Positions 1 through 7,694 of a stretch of DNA of 50,302 bases are shown piece after piece. Source of the stretch: an uncultured Candidatus Saccharibacteria bacterium (GTDB lineage: Bacteria > Patescibacteriota > Minisyncoccia > Phycocordibacterales > SBAW01); NCBI GenBank assembly GCA_964566795.1, contig CAZMIU010000001.1, positions 280,789 to 331,090 of the forward strand. The letters are read 5' to 3'. The position numbers were made by a program, and so were the translations under genes. How positions within the stretch are numbered: the first letter of the stretch is position 1; each line of letters begins with the position of its first letter. Below the pieces are notes generated by a model. That model searched no databases, was not told the DNA's origin, and saw nothing but the letters and a program-made list of their open reading frames with translations.

Positions 1-215
1 ATACGAGATTGATCTTTAGTGATGGAGGCGACACCTTGTCTGAAAAGCCGCGCAAGCGCAAAAACCAAATCCAACAGATTGCCCAGCAGGTCTCTGAAAC
101 CAACAAGAACCTGACCGAACGCCAGCAGCAGGCCGACCAGGCCCGCCGCTCGCCGCCGCCCATGATGGGTGCAGACGACCCGCTGCGATTGCTGTTTGTG
201 CCGCAGATGCGCTAG
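1..215 (+). CDS. C-terminal fragment of an unknown protein (frame open to the window edge)
   Basis: The frame of ORF 9..215 has no stop back to position 3; it ends at TAG 213-215 and is followed by a GC hairpin plus TTTTCTTTT. Confidence 0.4.
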   Translation, partial: TRLIFSDGGDTLSEKPRKRKNQIQQIAQQVSETNKNLTERQQQADQARRSPPPMMGADDPLRLLFVPQMR

Positions 216-455
216 AAAGCGCCCAACCCCTGCCCTGGCTTGCGCCGGGGCTTTTCTTTTTATATATAGTGCTGTATACTGCCTGGCAATAGAGGCTAAA
301 GCCTATATTGTCGTCGCTCCGGTCGGATAAGAGCTAGCTCTTCTCCTCCCTCCGCTAGACAATAAGAGGTCCCCCGCTTTTATTAACCGGCTTGGGAGTA
401 ACCCCTCATGTGCGTTTATTAATAGAGGGCCCCCGACCTACAACCACATATATTT

Positions 456-1550
456 ATGGACAAAGAACTAGATTCTGAGGTTTTGCCTCAGTCGGTCATG
501 CAGATGTTTGCCGACCAGGCCCAGATGCCGCCTGCACCTGGCGACATTATCGAGGGTACGGTCATCTCGCTTGACCGCGCGCGCCTCTATGTAGACCTGC
601 CTCCGTTTGGTACCGGTGTCATTTATGGCCGCGAGTACATGAACGCGCGCGAGGTTATCAAGCGCACCAACGTGGGCGACAAGATAAGCGCCAAGGTAAT
701 CTCGACCGTCACCCGCGACGGCTACATAGAGCTCTCCCTCAAGGAGGCCCGCCAGGCAGCTGCCTGGGCAGAGGCCGAGGACCTGGTGCGCAACAAGACC
801 ATGCTCGAGCTCGTGGTTAAAGAGGCCAACAAGGGCGGCCTCATCATGGAGTGGCAGGGCATCGCAGGCTTTTTGCCGGCATCCCAGCTTAAGGCCGAGC
901 ACTACCCGCGTGTAGCAGACGGCGACAAAGACCGCATCTTAGATGAGCTGCGCAAGTTGGTGGGCCAAAAGCTCCCTGTGTCTATCATTGGCGCACAGCC
1001 CAAGGAGGGCAAACTTATCTTTAGCGAGAAGGGTGCCGACGATAAGGAAAAGAAAGAGCTCATTGCACACTTTGCCGTGGGCGACACGGTCGCAGGCGAG
1101 GTTACCGGCATGGTCGACTTCGGCGTGTTTGTTAAGCTCGAGGAGGGTCTCGAGGGTCTGGTCCACATCTCAGAGATTGACTGGGGCCTGGTAGATGACC
1201 CGCGCCACTTCTTTAAGGTGGGCGACAAGGTTAAGGTAAAAATTATAGACATCAAGGACGGCAAAGTATCGCTCTCCGTTAAGGCACTCAAGGAAAATCC
1301 GTGGGAGCAAGCCCGCAGCCGCTACAACAAGGGCGACAAGGTCGAGGGCGTGGTCATCAAGTTTAACAAGCACGGCGCGTTGGCCTCTATCGAGGAGGGC
1401 ATCGCGGGCTTGGTACACGTGAGCGAGTTTGGCTCAGACGAGGCGCTCAAGCGCACGCTCGAGCTCGGCAAGCGCTACCCCTTCACAATCTCTCTCTTTG
1501 AGCCCAAGGACATGCGCATGGCGCTCAACTTTGGCGGAGACAAGAAATAG
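456..1550 (+). CDS. rpsA: 30S ribosomal protein S1 (short form, about 4 S1 domains)
   Basis: Repeated S1 motifs (GDIIEGTV, FGVFVKL...EGLVHISE, GLVHVSE); 364 aa. Confidence 0.93.
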   Translation: MDKELDSEVLPQSVMQMFADQAQMPPAPGDIIEGTVISLDRARLYVDLPPFGTGVIYGREYMNAREVIKRTNVGDKISAKVISTVTRDGYIELSLKEARQAAAWAEAEDLVRNKTMLELVVKEANKGGLIMEWQGIAGFLPASQLKAEHYPRVADGDKDRILDELRKLVGQKLPVSIIGAQPKEGKLIFSEKGADDKEKKELIAHFAVGDTVAGEVTGMVDFGVFVKLEEGLEGLVHISEIDWGLVDDPRHFFKVGDKVKVKIIDIKDGKVSLSVKALKENPWEQARSRYNKGDKVEGVVIKFNKHGALASIEEGIAGLVHVSEFGSDEALKRTLELGKRYPFTISLFEPKDMRMALNFGGDKK

Positions 1551-1565
1551 GGATATAACCGCAGC

Positions 1566-1595
1566 GAAATAAACTCCCTAACGGGAGTTTATTTC
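1566..1595. terminator. Bidirectional terminator between convergent rpsA and pth
   Basis: Perfect 13-bp arms GAAATAAACTCCC-TAAC-GGGAGTTTATTTC. Confidence 0.8.
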
Positions 1596-2108
1596 TGTTT
1601 GGGCGCGATCTATCCCCTCCTCCAGAATCAAATCGAGCGCCTCTGCGACAATCTTTTTGGCCTTCTTTACCTTCTCCTGCTCCGGCGGCCTAAACTTAGC
1701 CAGCACAAAGTCGGCAATCTTCTCCGGTGCCGGGCGCTTGAGCTTGCCGCTTGGAGTAGCGCCCGATATGCCGATGCGCACGCGCACGTAGTCTTTTGTC
1801 TTAAGGGCGTTTTCTATAGAGCGCACGCCGTTGTGGCCGCCCGCGCTTGAGCCATAGGATATTTTGACCCGGCCCAAAGGCAGGTCGAGCTCGTCGTGCA
1901 AAACAATGAGCTGCTCAGCCGCCTTCTTGCTTGTAATAAGCTTTTTTATAGGCCCGCCCGAGTTGTTCATGTACACGTCTAAGTCGGCGATCTTGGCCTT
2001 TTTGGGCAACTTATCTTTGAGCGCAGCCAAAAAGTCTTTACCAATGTTGTGGCGTGTCCCCACGTACTCGCGGTCCGGGTTGCCAAGGCCTACTACTATC
2101 CAACTCAT
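1578..2108 (-). CDS. pth: Peptidyl-tRNA hydrolase
   Basis: VGLGNP...TRHNIG, YMNNSG, HDELDLP, GGHNGVRSI and RVRIGI motifs. Confidence 0.96.
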   Translation of the reverse strand: MSWIVVGLGNPDREYVGTRHNIGKDFLAALKDKLPKKAKIADLDVYMNNSGGPIKKLITSKKAAEQLIVLHDELDLPLGRVKISYGSSAGGHNGVRSIENALKTKDYVRVRIGISGATPSGKLKRPAPEKIADFVLAKFRPPEQEKVKKAKKIVAEALDLILEEGIDRAQTEINSR

Positions 2109-2128
2109 GGGACAAATGTATCACGGAG

Positions 2129-2214
2129 ACGAAAAAGGGCGAAAAAATAGTCTGGCCTGCGAGGGCGTAGCCCGGAGACAGGAGACCCGAGGACTTTTTT
2201 TCGCTCTTTTTCGT
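2129..2214 (+). repeat. Palindromic element family 1, copy A (intergenic, between divergent pth and lepB)
   Basis: Arms ACGAAAAAGGGCGAAAAAATAGTCT (2129-2153) and GGACTTTTTTTCGCTCTTTTTCGT (2191-2214); core AGTCTGGCC...GGAGACCCGAGGACT shared with copies at 16770 and 39422. Confidence 0.88.
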
Positions 2215-2267
2215 TGTAGAGAACGCACAAAGCTTGCATTGTTTAAAAAGAAGCATACAATTGCTGC

Positions 2268-2825
2268 ATGCCTCAGGAGCAAAGTGATTCTTTTTTCACC
2301 GAACTCCTAAAATTTGTCGTCATTGCAGCCGTCATCGTGCTGCCGGTGCGCCTTTTTGTTGCGCAGCCCTTCATTGTCTCCGGCGAGAGCATGTCCCCCA
2401 CGTTTGAAAACGGCGAGTACCTGATAGTAGACGAGCTCACCTACCGCCTCGATGCGCCCAAGCGCGGCGACGTGGTCATATTCCGCTACCCGCGCAACCC
2501 TAGCGAGTTTTTCATCAAGCGCATCATTGGGCTACCGGGCGAGACCATACATATAGAGGGCGGCGTGGTCTCTGTAACACAGACAGACGGCACCACGGTA
2601 GCGCTTGATGAGCCGTATGTTAAAAACCTTGGCAACGGACGCGACGCCACCTACGAGGTAGACCAGCAAAGCTACTTTGTGATGGGCGACAACCGGCCAG
2701 AAAGCTCCGACTCCCGCGTGTGGGGGCTCATGCCCCGCGAAAACCTCATAGGCCGCGCCATAGTCAGGCTCCTCCCTCTACAACAAGCTGGCATATTCCC
2801 CGGCAAGACGACCTACCTCCACTAG
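2268..2825 (+). CDS. lepB: Signal peptidase I
   Basis: N-terminal TM helix, catalytic SGESMSP (Ser), FIKRIIGLPGE (Lys), GDNRPESSDSR. Confidence 0.96.
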   Translation: MPQEQSDSFFTELLKFVVIAAVIVLPVRLFVAQPFIVSGESMSPTFENGEYLIVDELTYRLDAPKRGDVVIFRYPRNPSEFFIKRIIGLPGETIHIEGGVVSVTQTDGTTVALDEPYVKNLGNGRDATYEVDQQSYFVMGDNRPESSDSRVWGLMPRENLIGRAIVRLLPLQQAGIFPGKTTYLH

Positions 2826-3950
2826 ATGAGTACGCCAAAACTCTCCCCCGCCACATTTCTCAAATTGTCGCAGGATGTCGCATCGTTTTACGGCTTTAAG
2901 CCGCTGCGCGAGATAGAGCGCCAGATACCGACCCAGACGCTCAAGCGCGGCGCCCACAACTTTACCTACGCCTCGATGGCCCTTGCACACGCGGCAGGCA
3001 CCGTGCCCTCGATGGGCTACTACGCCAGCACGTCTCCGGCGCACCTCCCGCACGGCCTCTCGCCGCGCGAGGTGGGCGAGTTTGGCCTACAAGTCTCGGG
3101 CGCCCAAGAGAGCGTGGGCGAGGTCCTTCTGCTTAAGACTGTCTCGACCATACTCCTGGAGTGGGGCGGCACGGCACGCGTGCGCATTAACGCGCTTGGT
3201 GACAAGGACTCGCGTGCGCGCTTTGCCCGCGAGCTTAGCAGCTATGTGCGCCGCCAGGCCCACAACCTGCCAGAGGAGTGGCGCGAGCGCGCCGCCGAGG
3301 ACCCGCTTGCTTTTTTGGCAAGCCAAGACGAGGCCTGCCGCGCCGTGGCAGAGACCGGCCCCAGAGCTATGAACTTTCTGTCAGAAAAGAGCCGGGCGCA
3401 TTTTAGGGAGATGCTTGAGCACCTCGAGCATCTAAACATGCCCTATGAGCTCGACGATATGCTTGTGGGCGACGAGCGCGAGCCGCGTGTTGCTTTTGCC
3501 ATAGACACTAGCGACGCCACGGTCATTACTTCTGTGGGAGGCCGCTTTGATGACCACGTACGCCGCATCTCGGGCAAAAAGGACGCCACATCGGTGCATG
3601 CCAGCCTCTACTTTAGGAAAAAAGGGCTGGTGCCCCAGCATTTTGCCCTTGAGGGCTCCTCGGGCAAGGCACGCATCTACTTTATACAGCTGGGGCTCAG
3701 GGCCAAGCTCCAGAGCCTAAAAGTGAGCGATATTCTGCGCGAGGCGCGCATCCCGGTCCTGCAGTCGTTTGATTCATCCAAGCTCTCTCCCCAGCTCCAG
3801 GCTGCACAGCAGGCGGGGGTATCGCACCTCATTATTATGGGCCAGCGCGAGGCCCTGGACGGCACGGTCATAGTGCGCGCGGCCGACAACAGCGCCCAAA
3901 CTACCCTCGGGCTAACCCAGCTCCCCCGCTACCTCAAGACGTTGCGCTAG
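2826..3950 (+). CDS. Degenerate histidyl-tRNA synthetase-like protein (class II aaRS fold plus HGTP anticodon-binding domain)
   Basis: FYGFKPL, EFGLQVSG, INALGDKDSR, GGRFD and a C-terminal SKLSPQLQAAQQAG...IIMGQRE anticodon-binding pattern; canonical motif 2 residues not recognisable; 374 aa. Confidence 0.7.
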   Translation: MSTPKLSPATFLKLSQDVASFYGFKPLREIERQIPTQTLKRGAHNFTYASMALAHAAGTVPSMGYYASTSPAHLPHGLSPREVGEFGLQVSGAQESVGEVLLLKTVSTILLEWGGTARVRINALGDKDSRARFARELSSYVRRQAHNLPEEWRERAAEDPLAFLASQDEACRAVAETGPRAMNFLSEKSRAHFREMLEHLEHLNMPYELDDMLVGDEREPRVAFAIDTSDATVITSVGGRFDDHVRRISGKKDATSVHASLYFRKKGLVPQHFALEGSSGKARIYFIQLGLRAKLQSLKVSDILREARIPVLQSFDSSKLSPQLQAAQQAGVSHLIIMGQREALDGTVIVRAADNSAQTTLGLTQLPRYLKTLR

Positions 3951-3980
3951 GCCGAGCCTCGTGTTATATTTTCCCCACAT

Positions 3981-4238
3981 ATGGCAACCAACGCAGAGGT
4001 CACCAAAAACGAGAACGAGAACGCGATCAACCTGATCCGCCGCTTTAGTAAGCGCGTACAGGGCACGGGGCTCATTCAGGGTACCCGCAAGCGCCGCTAC
4101 TTTGCCCGCGCCAAGTCTAAGTTGGTAACCCGCAAAGGGGCTCTCAAGCGCCTCGCCCGCCGCGAGGAGGTCCAGGAGCTCATCAAGCTTGGCAAGATGG
4201 AGGCACGCGTGCCCGGCCAGCGCTTCCGCCGCAAGTAA
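3981..4238 (+). CDS. rpsU: 30S ribosomal protein bS21
   Basis: Small basic protein with ENAINLIRRFSKRV...RKRRYF, the S21 pattern. Confidence 0.82.
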   Translation: MATNAEVTKNENENAINLIRRFSKRVQGTGLIQGTRKRRYFARAKSKLVTRKGALKRLARREEVQELIKLGKMEARVPGQRFRRK

Positions 4239-4243
4239 TATCT

Positions 4244-4582
4244 GTGAGGCGTATCCCGCCCGTATTTAAAAAGATCCAGGCCGAGATACTCGGCCCGAAA
4301 TACGACCTGTCGGTCGTATTTTTAGATGAGCGTGAAATGCGTAAAGCAATGAAGTACCGTTACGCGCGTATCGCCGGCAAAAAGACCAGCAATGTGCTCT
4401 CCTTCCCCCTCTCCAAAACTAGCGGCGAGATTTTAATCTGTCCCGCGGCAGCCAAGCCCTACACTGCCCCGTATCTTTTTATCCACGGCTGTCTGCACCT
4501 TAAGGGGCGCAAACACAGTGATACAATGGAGCGTGAAGAGAACCGGATTTTGAATAAATTCGGTCTTCACGCGCATGAATAA
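4244..4582 (+). CDS. ybeY: rRNA maturation endoribonuclease YbeY (short)
   Basis: TSNVLSFP, GEILIC and the zinc motif HGCLHLKGRKH; GTG start. Confidence 0.9.
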   Translation: MRRIPPVFKKIQAEILGPKYDLSVVFLDEREMRKAMKYRYARIAGKKTSNVLSFPLSKTSGEILICPAAAKPYTAPYLFIHGCLHLKGRKHSDTMEREENRILNKFGLHAHE

Positions 4583-5750
4583 TATTGTCACTGGCATTGA
4601 TATCGGCACCTACCACGTCAAAGTGGTCATAGCCGAGCGCCCAGATGACCCGCGCGTACCTCCCCGCATCCTGGGCACCGGCTACGCCGAGTCGCGCGGG
4701 CTCAAGCAGGGCTACATCGTGTCTGTCCCCGAGGTCTCGCGCTCGGTTGGGGCCGCAGTGCTCCAGGCCTCCAAAGCCGCACGGATGAAGGTTAAGCGCT
4801 GCTACCTCTCGGTAGGCGGTGTCGGGCTAGACGAGGCGTTTAGCCGAGGCGAAACCGTGGTCGAGCGCGGCGACTCTGTCATCACGCACCGCGACCTGCC
4901 ACGAGCCATAGCGGCCTCAGAGCAAGCACTCCCGCCCGCCGCCACACTAAACCGCAAGATAATACACACCATACCCCTGCGCCTTACCATAGACGGCGCG
5001 CGCGTGATGGGCCGCAGTCCTGCCGGCATGAAGGGTGTCAGGCTTGGTGTCGAGACCCTGTTTGTTACCTGCCTGGAGAGGCATGTGCACGACCTCGTGG
5101 CCGCCGTGGAAGAGGCGGGCTTAGAGGTCGAGGATGTGGTGGCAGCGCCGCTCGCGGCCTCGTTTGTCGCGCTCAACAAGATGCAAAAGCGCGTGGGCTG
5201 TGTGCTCGCTAACATCGGCGCCGAGACACTCTCTATCATTGTCTTTGAGGACAACACTCCGACCTCTATCAAGGTGTTCCCGGTTGGCGCCACCGATATA
5301 ACGAACGACCTGGCACTGGGCCTGCGCATCAGCCCCGAGGAGGCCGAGTCTCTAAAATCGGGCGCAGTCTTAAACGCCACCTACCCTAAAAAGAAGGTGG
5401 ACGACATCATAGGCCGCCGCGTGGCCGACATGTTTAAACTTGTGGAGGCGCATTTAAAAAAGATAGGCAAAGACGAGTTGTTGCCCGCGGGCATCATACT
5501 TACCGGCGGCGGCTCGGCCATACAAACCGCCGCCGACTTGGCCAAGGCCGTGCTCAGGCTCCCGTCCCGCACAGCCTCGCTCGCCGAGGGCAATGCCAAG
5601 ATGCAGCTGCGCGACTCCAGTTGGGCGGTGGCGTATGGCTTAACCGTGTGGGGTTTTAGCGAGGGCGATGGCATCGAGGTGCACGAGCAGAGCAGCGCCA
5701 TGGAGATGTTTAATGGGCTTTGGAAGTGGTTTAAAAAGTTCCTGCCCTAG
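4575..5750 (+). CDS. ftsA: Cell division protein FtsA
   Basis: GIDIGTYHVK, NIGAETL, GATDITNDLA, GIILTGGGS actin-like ATPase motifs. Confidence 0.95.
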   Translation: MNNIVTGIDIGTYHVKVVIAERPDDPRVPPRILGTGYAESRGLKQGYIVSVPEVSRSVGAAVLQASKAARMKVKRCYLSVGGVGLDEAFSRGETVVERGDSVITHRDLPRAIAASEQALPPAATLNRKIIHTIPLRLTIDGARVMGRSPAGMKGVRLGVETLFVTCLERHVHDLVAAVEEAGLEVEDVVAAPLAASFVALNKMQKRVGCVLANIGAETLSIIVFEDNTPTSIKVFPVGATDITNDLALGLRISPEEAESLKSGAVLNATYPKKKVDDIIGRRVADMFKLVEAHLKKIGKDELLPAGIILTGGGSAIQTAADLAKAVLRLPSRTASLAEGNAKMQLRDSSWAVAYGLTVWGFSEGDGIEVHEQSSAMEMFNGLWKWFKKFLP

Positions 5751-5753
5751 GGG

Positions 5754-5781
5754 TTGACAAATTGGGGATTTTGTATATAAT
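5754..5781 (+). promoter_or_regulatory. Consensus sigma70-type promoter for ORFan 5846-6298
   Basis: TTGACA (5754-5759), 16-nt spacer, TATAAT (5776-5781). Confidence 0.8.
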
Positions 5782-5845
5782 AGCGCTAGCACCAGTTGAG
5801 GTAGAGCATGCCGCTCTGCCCTTTTTCAAATCAGGGGAGGTCTAG

Positions 5846-6298
5846 ATGACCAACGGTACCTACGACGTCGAGCGGGAGCTTTACGAAAAGGCGCTGGAGG
5901 AAATCCGCCAGGACTTCATCCGCGAAAGCGGTCTGGATCTCGCCACTCAGGAGATGATGGCGGGCTCGATTGCTGCCCACGCCCAAAACTCGTTCTACAC
6001 GATGTGGAGCAGTGCCACCCGCTCGCACGACAACCACAAAGCCTCATCTGCTGCAACAGCCGGCATGATACTCGACCCGTTGGATGAGGCACGTCTTGCC
6101 AAGCTCCCGGAAAAAGACCGTGAGCGCTTCCGCAAGTTTCATGCAGACAGCGCGGCGCAATACCAGCGTGACAATGATGATCGTCAAAAGATATTCGATG
6201 ATCATCATCGCAAGATGCTGATAATCCTCATGACCAAGGCGGGGATGAGCCTGGCGACAGCCACACAGATCGTCGACAAGCACATCCTCACTCAGTAA
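5846..6298 (+). CDS. Hypothetical helical protein (ORFan cassette between ftsA and ftsZ)
   Basis: 150-aa ORF with GGAGGT SD, its own promoter and its own terminator; no recognisable motif. Confidence 0.8.
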   Translation: MTNGTYDVERELYEKALEEIRQDFIRESGLDLATQEMMAGSIAAHAQNSFYTMWSSATRSHDNHKASSAATAGMILDPLDEARLAKLPEKDRERFRKFHADSAAQYQRDNDDRQKIFDDHHRKMLIILMTKAGMSLATATQIVDKHILTQ

Positions 6299-6322
6299 TG
6301 ATGGCCCCCATGAAGGCCTCAG

Positions 6323-6362
6323 GCGCCGCAACCCACCCCAGGGGTTGCGGCGCTTTTCTTTT
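6323..6362 (+). terminator. Intrinsic terminator
   Basis: GCGCCGCAACCC / GGGTTGCGGCGC 12-bp stem followed by TTTTCTTTT. Confidence 0.85.
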
Positions 6363-6425
6363 GATACAAAAGGCTTGTTTGTCAAAGTTGCCAAGACCAC
6401 TCCGGGCCAGTAGAGTTGTAAGGCT

Positions 6426-7685
6426 ATGGCACAAGTACTTCCTGAAATTGAGGCATTTGCCCGCATTCGCGTGATTGGTGTCGGCGGCTCCGGCAAGAAC
6501 GCAATCAACCACATGGTCGAGGAAAAGGTGCGCGGTGTCGACTTTGTCACCATAAACACCGACGCCCAGGACCTCCACAACTCTCTCGCTAAGAAAAAGA
6601 TCCATATAGGCAAGAACTTAACCCGCGGCCTCGGCGCGGGTATGAACCCGGAGCTCGGCAAGCGCGCCTCCGAGGAAACAAAAGAGGAGATCCAGCAGGC
6701 CATCAAGGGTTCCGACATGGTGTTTATCGCAGGCGGCATGGGCGGTGGCACCGGCACGGGTGCCGCCCCTGTAGTTGCACGCACCGCCAAAGAGATGGGC
6801 GCACTCACCGTGGCTGTGGTCACGAAGCCTTTCGCATTTGAGGGCCAGCAGCGCATGCGCCTGGCCGAGGGCGGCTTAGACGAGCTGCGCAAAGAGGTAG
6901 ACGCGCTGATCGTCATCCCCAACGACCGCATTTTGGCCACGGTAGCCAAAGACACCACACTCAAGCAGGCTTTCGCGATGTGCGACGACGTGCTTAAGCA
7001 GGCTGTAGAGGGCATCTCCGACCTCATCACCAACCCCGGCATCATCAACGTCGACTTTGCCGACGTGCGTGCTGTGATGGAGAACTCGGGCTCTGCACTC
7101 ATGGGCATCGGTATCGCCTCCGGCGAGAACCGGGCCGCGGTCGCTGCCAAGGCCGCCGTATCCTCCCCGCTTCTGGAGCTCTCTATTAACGGCGCCAAAG
7201 GTGTCCTCTTTGCCATTGCCGGCGGAGACGACCTGGGCATGCTCGAGGTGCACGAGGCCGCCAAGATCATTACCGAGTCTGTCGACCAAAACGCCAAGAT
7301 CATCTTTGGCGCCGTCAAGGACGACAAGCTCAAAAAGGGCGAGGTACGCGTGACCGTTATTGCAACCGGCTTCCCCGCTCCTGGCGTGTCTACTCCGGCT
7401 ATCTCGCGCGGCACGCCACTCTTTACCGCCTTTGGCCGCGAAGCGGTTAAGGAAAAGGAGCCCGAGGCCGATGTGCCGCCCCTGGGCACTATAGGCAAGA
7501 TATTTAATGCCCCCACCCCGCCCCCTGCGCGCGAGCGCGACGAGGAGCGCGAGGAAGTACGCGTAGTGCCGCCCTCCTCGGCCCCGGCCCCAACACCCCC
7601 CGAGCCCATCAAGATTAAGATAGACGAAGACGACGATGAGTGGGGCGCAGTGCCGTCATTTCTCCGCAGGCCAAAAATCAAGTAA
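6426..7685 (+). CDS. ftsZ: Cell division protein FtsZ
   Basis: GMGGGTGTG tubulin signature, INVDFADV, C-terminal VPSFLRR; upstream TTGCCA-N17-TAGAGT promoter. Confidence 0.98.
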   Translation: MAQVLPEIEAFARIRVIGVGGSGKNAINHMVEEKVRGVDFVTINTDAQDLHNSLAKKKIHIGKNLTRGLGAGMNPELGKRASEETKEEIQQAIKGSDMVFIAGGMGGGTGTGAAPVVARTAKEMGALTVAVVTKPFAFEGQQRMRLAEGGLDELRKEVDALIVIPNDRILATVAKDTTLKQAFAMCDDVLKQAVEGISDLITNPGIINVDFADVRAVMENSGSALMGIGIASGENRAAVAAKAAVSSPLLELSINGAKGVLFAIAGGDDLGMLEVHEAAKIITESVDQNAKIIFGAVKDDKLKKGEVRVTVIATGFPAPGVSTPAISRGTPLFTAFGREAVKEKEPEADVPPLGTIGKIFNAPTPPPARERDEEREEVRVVPPSSAPAPTPPEPIKIKIDEDDDEWGAVPSFLRRPKIK

Positions 7686-7694
7686 ACTGTAGCA

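Noticed and set aside
1864-2310. 148-aa ORF reading through palindromic copy A
   Set aside because: Antisense to pth and overlapping lepB. It only shows that the element is open in one frame; there is no evidence it is a gene.
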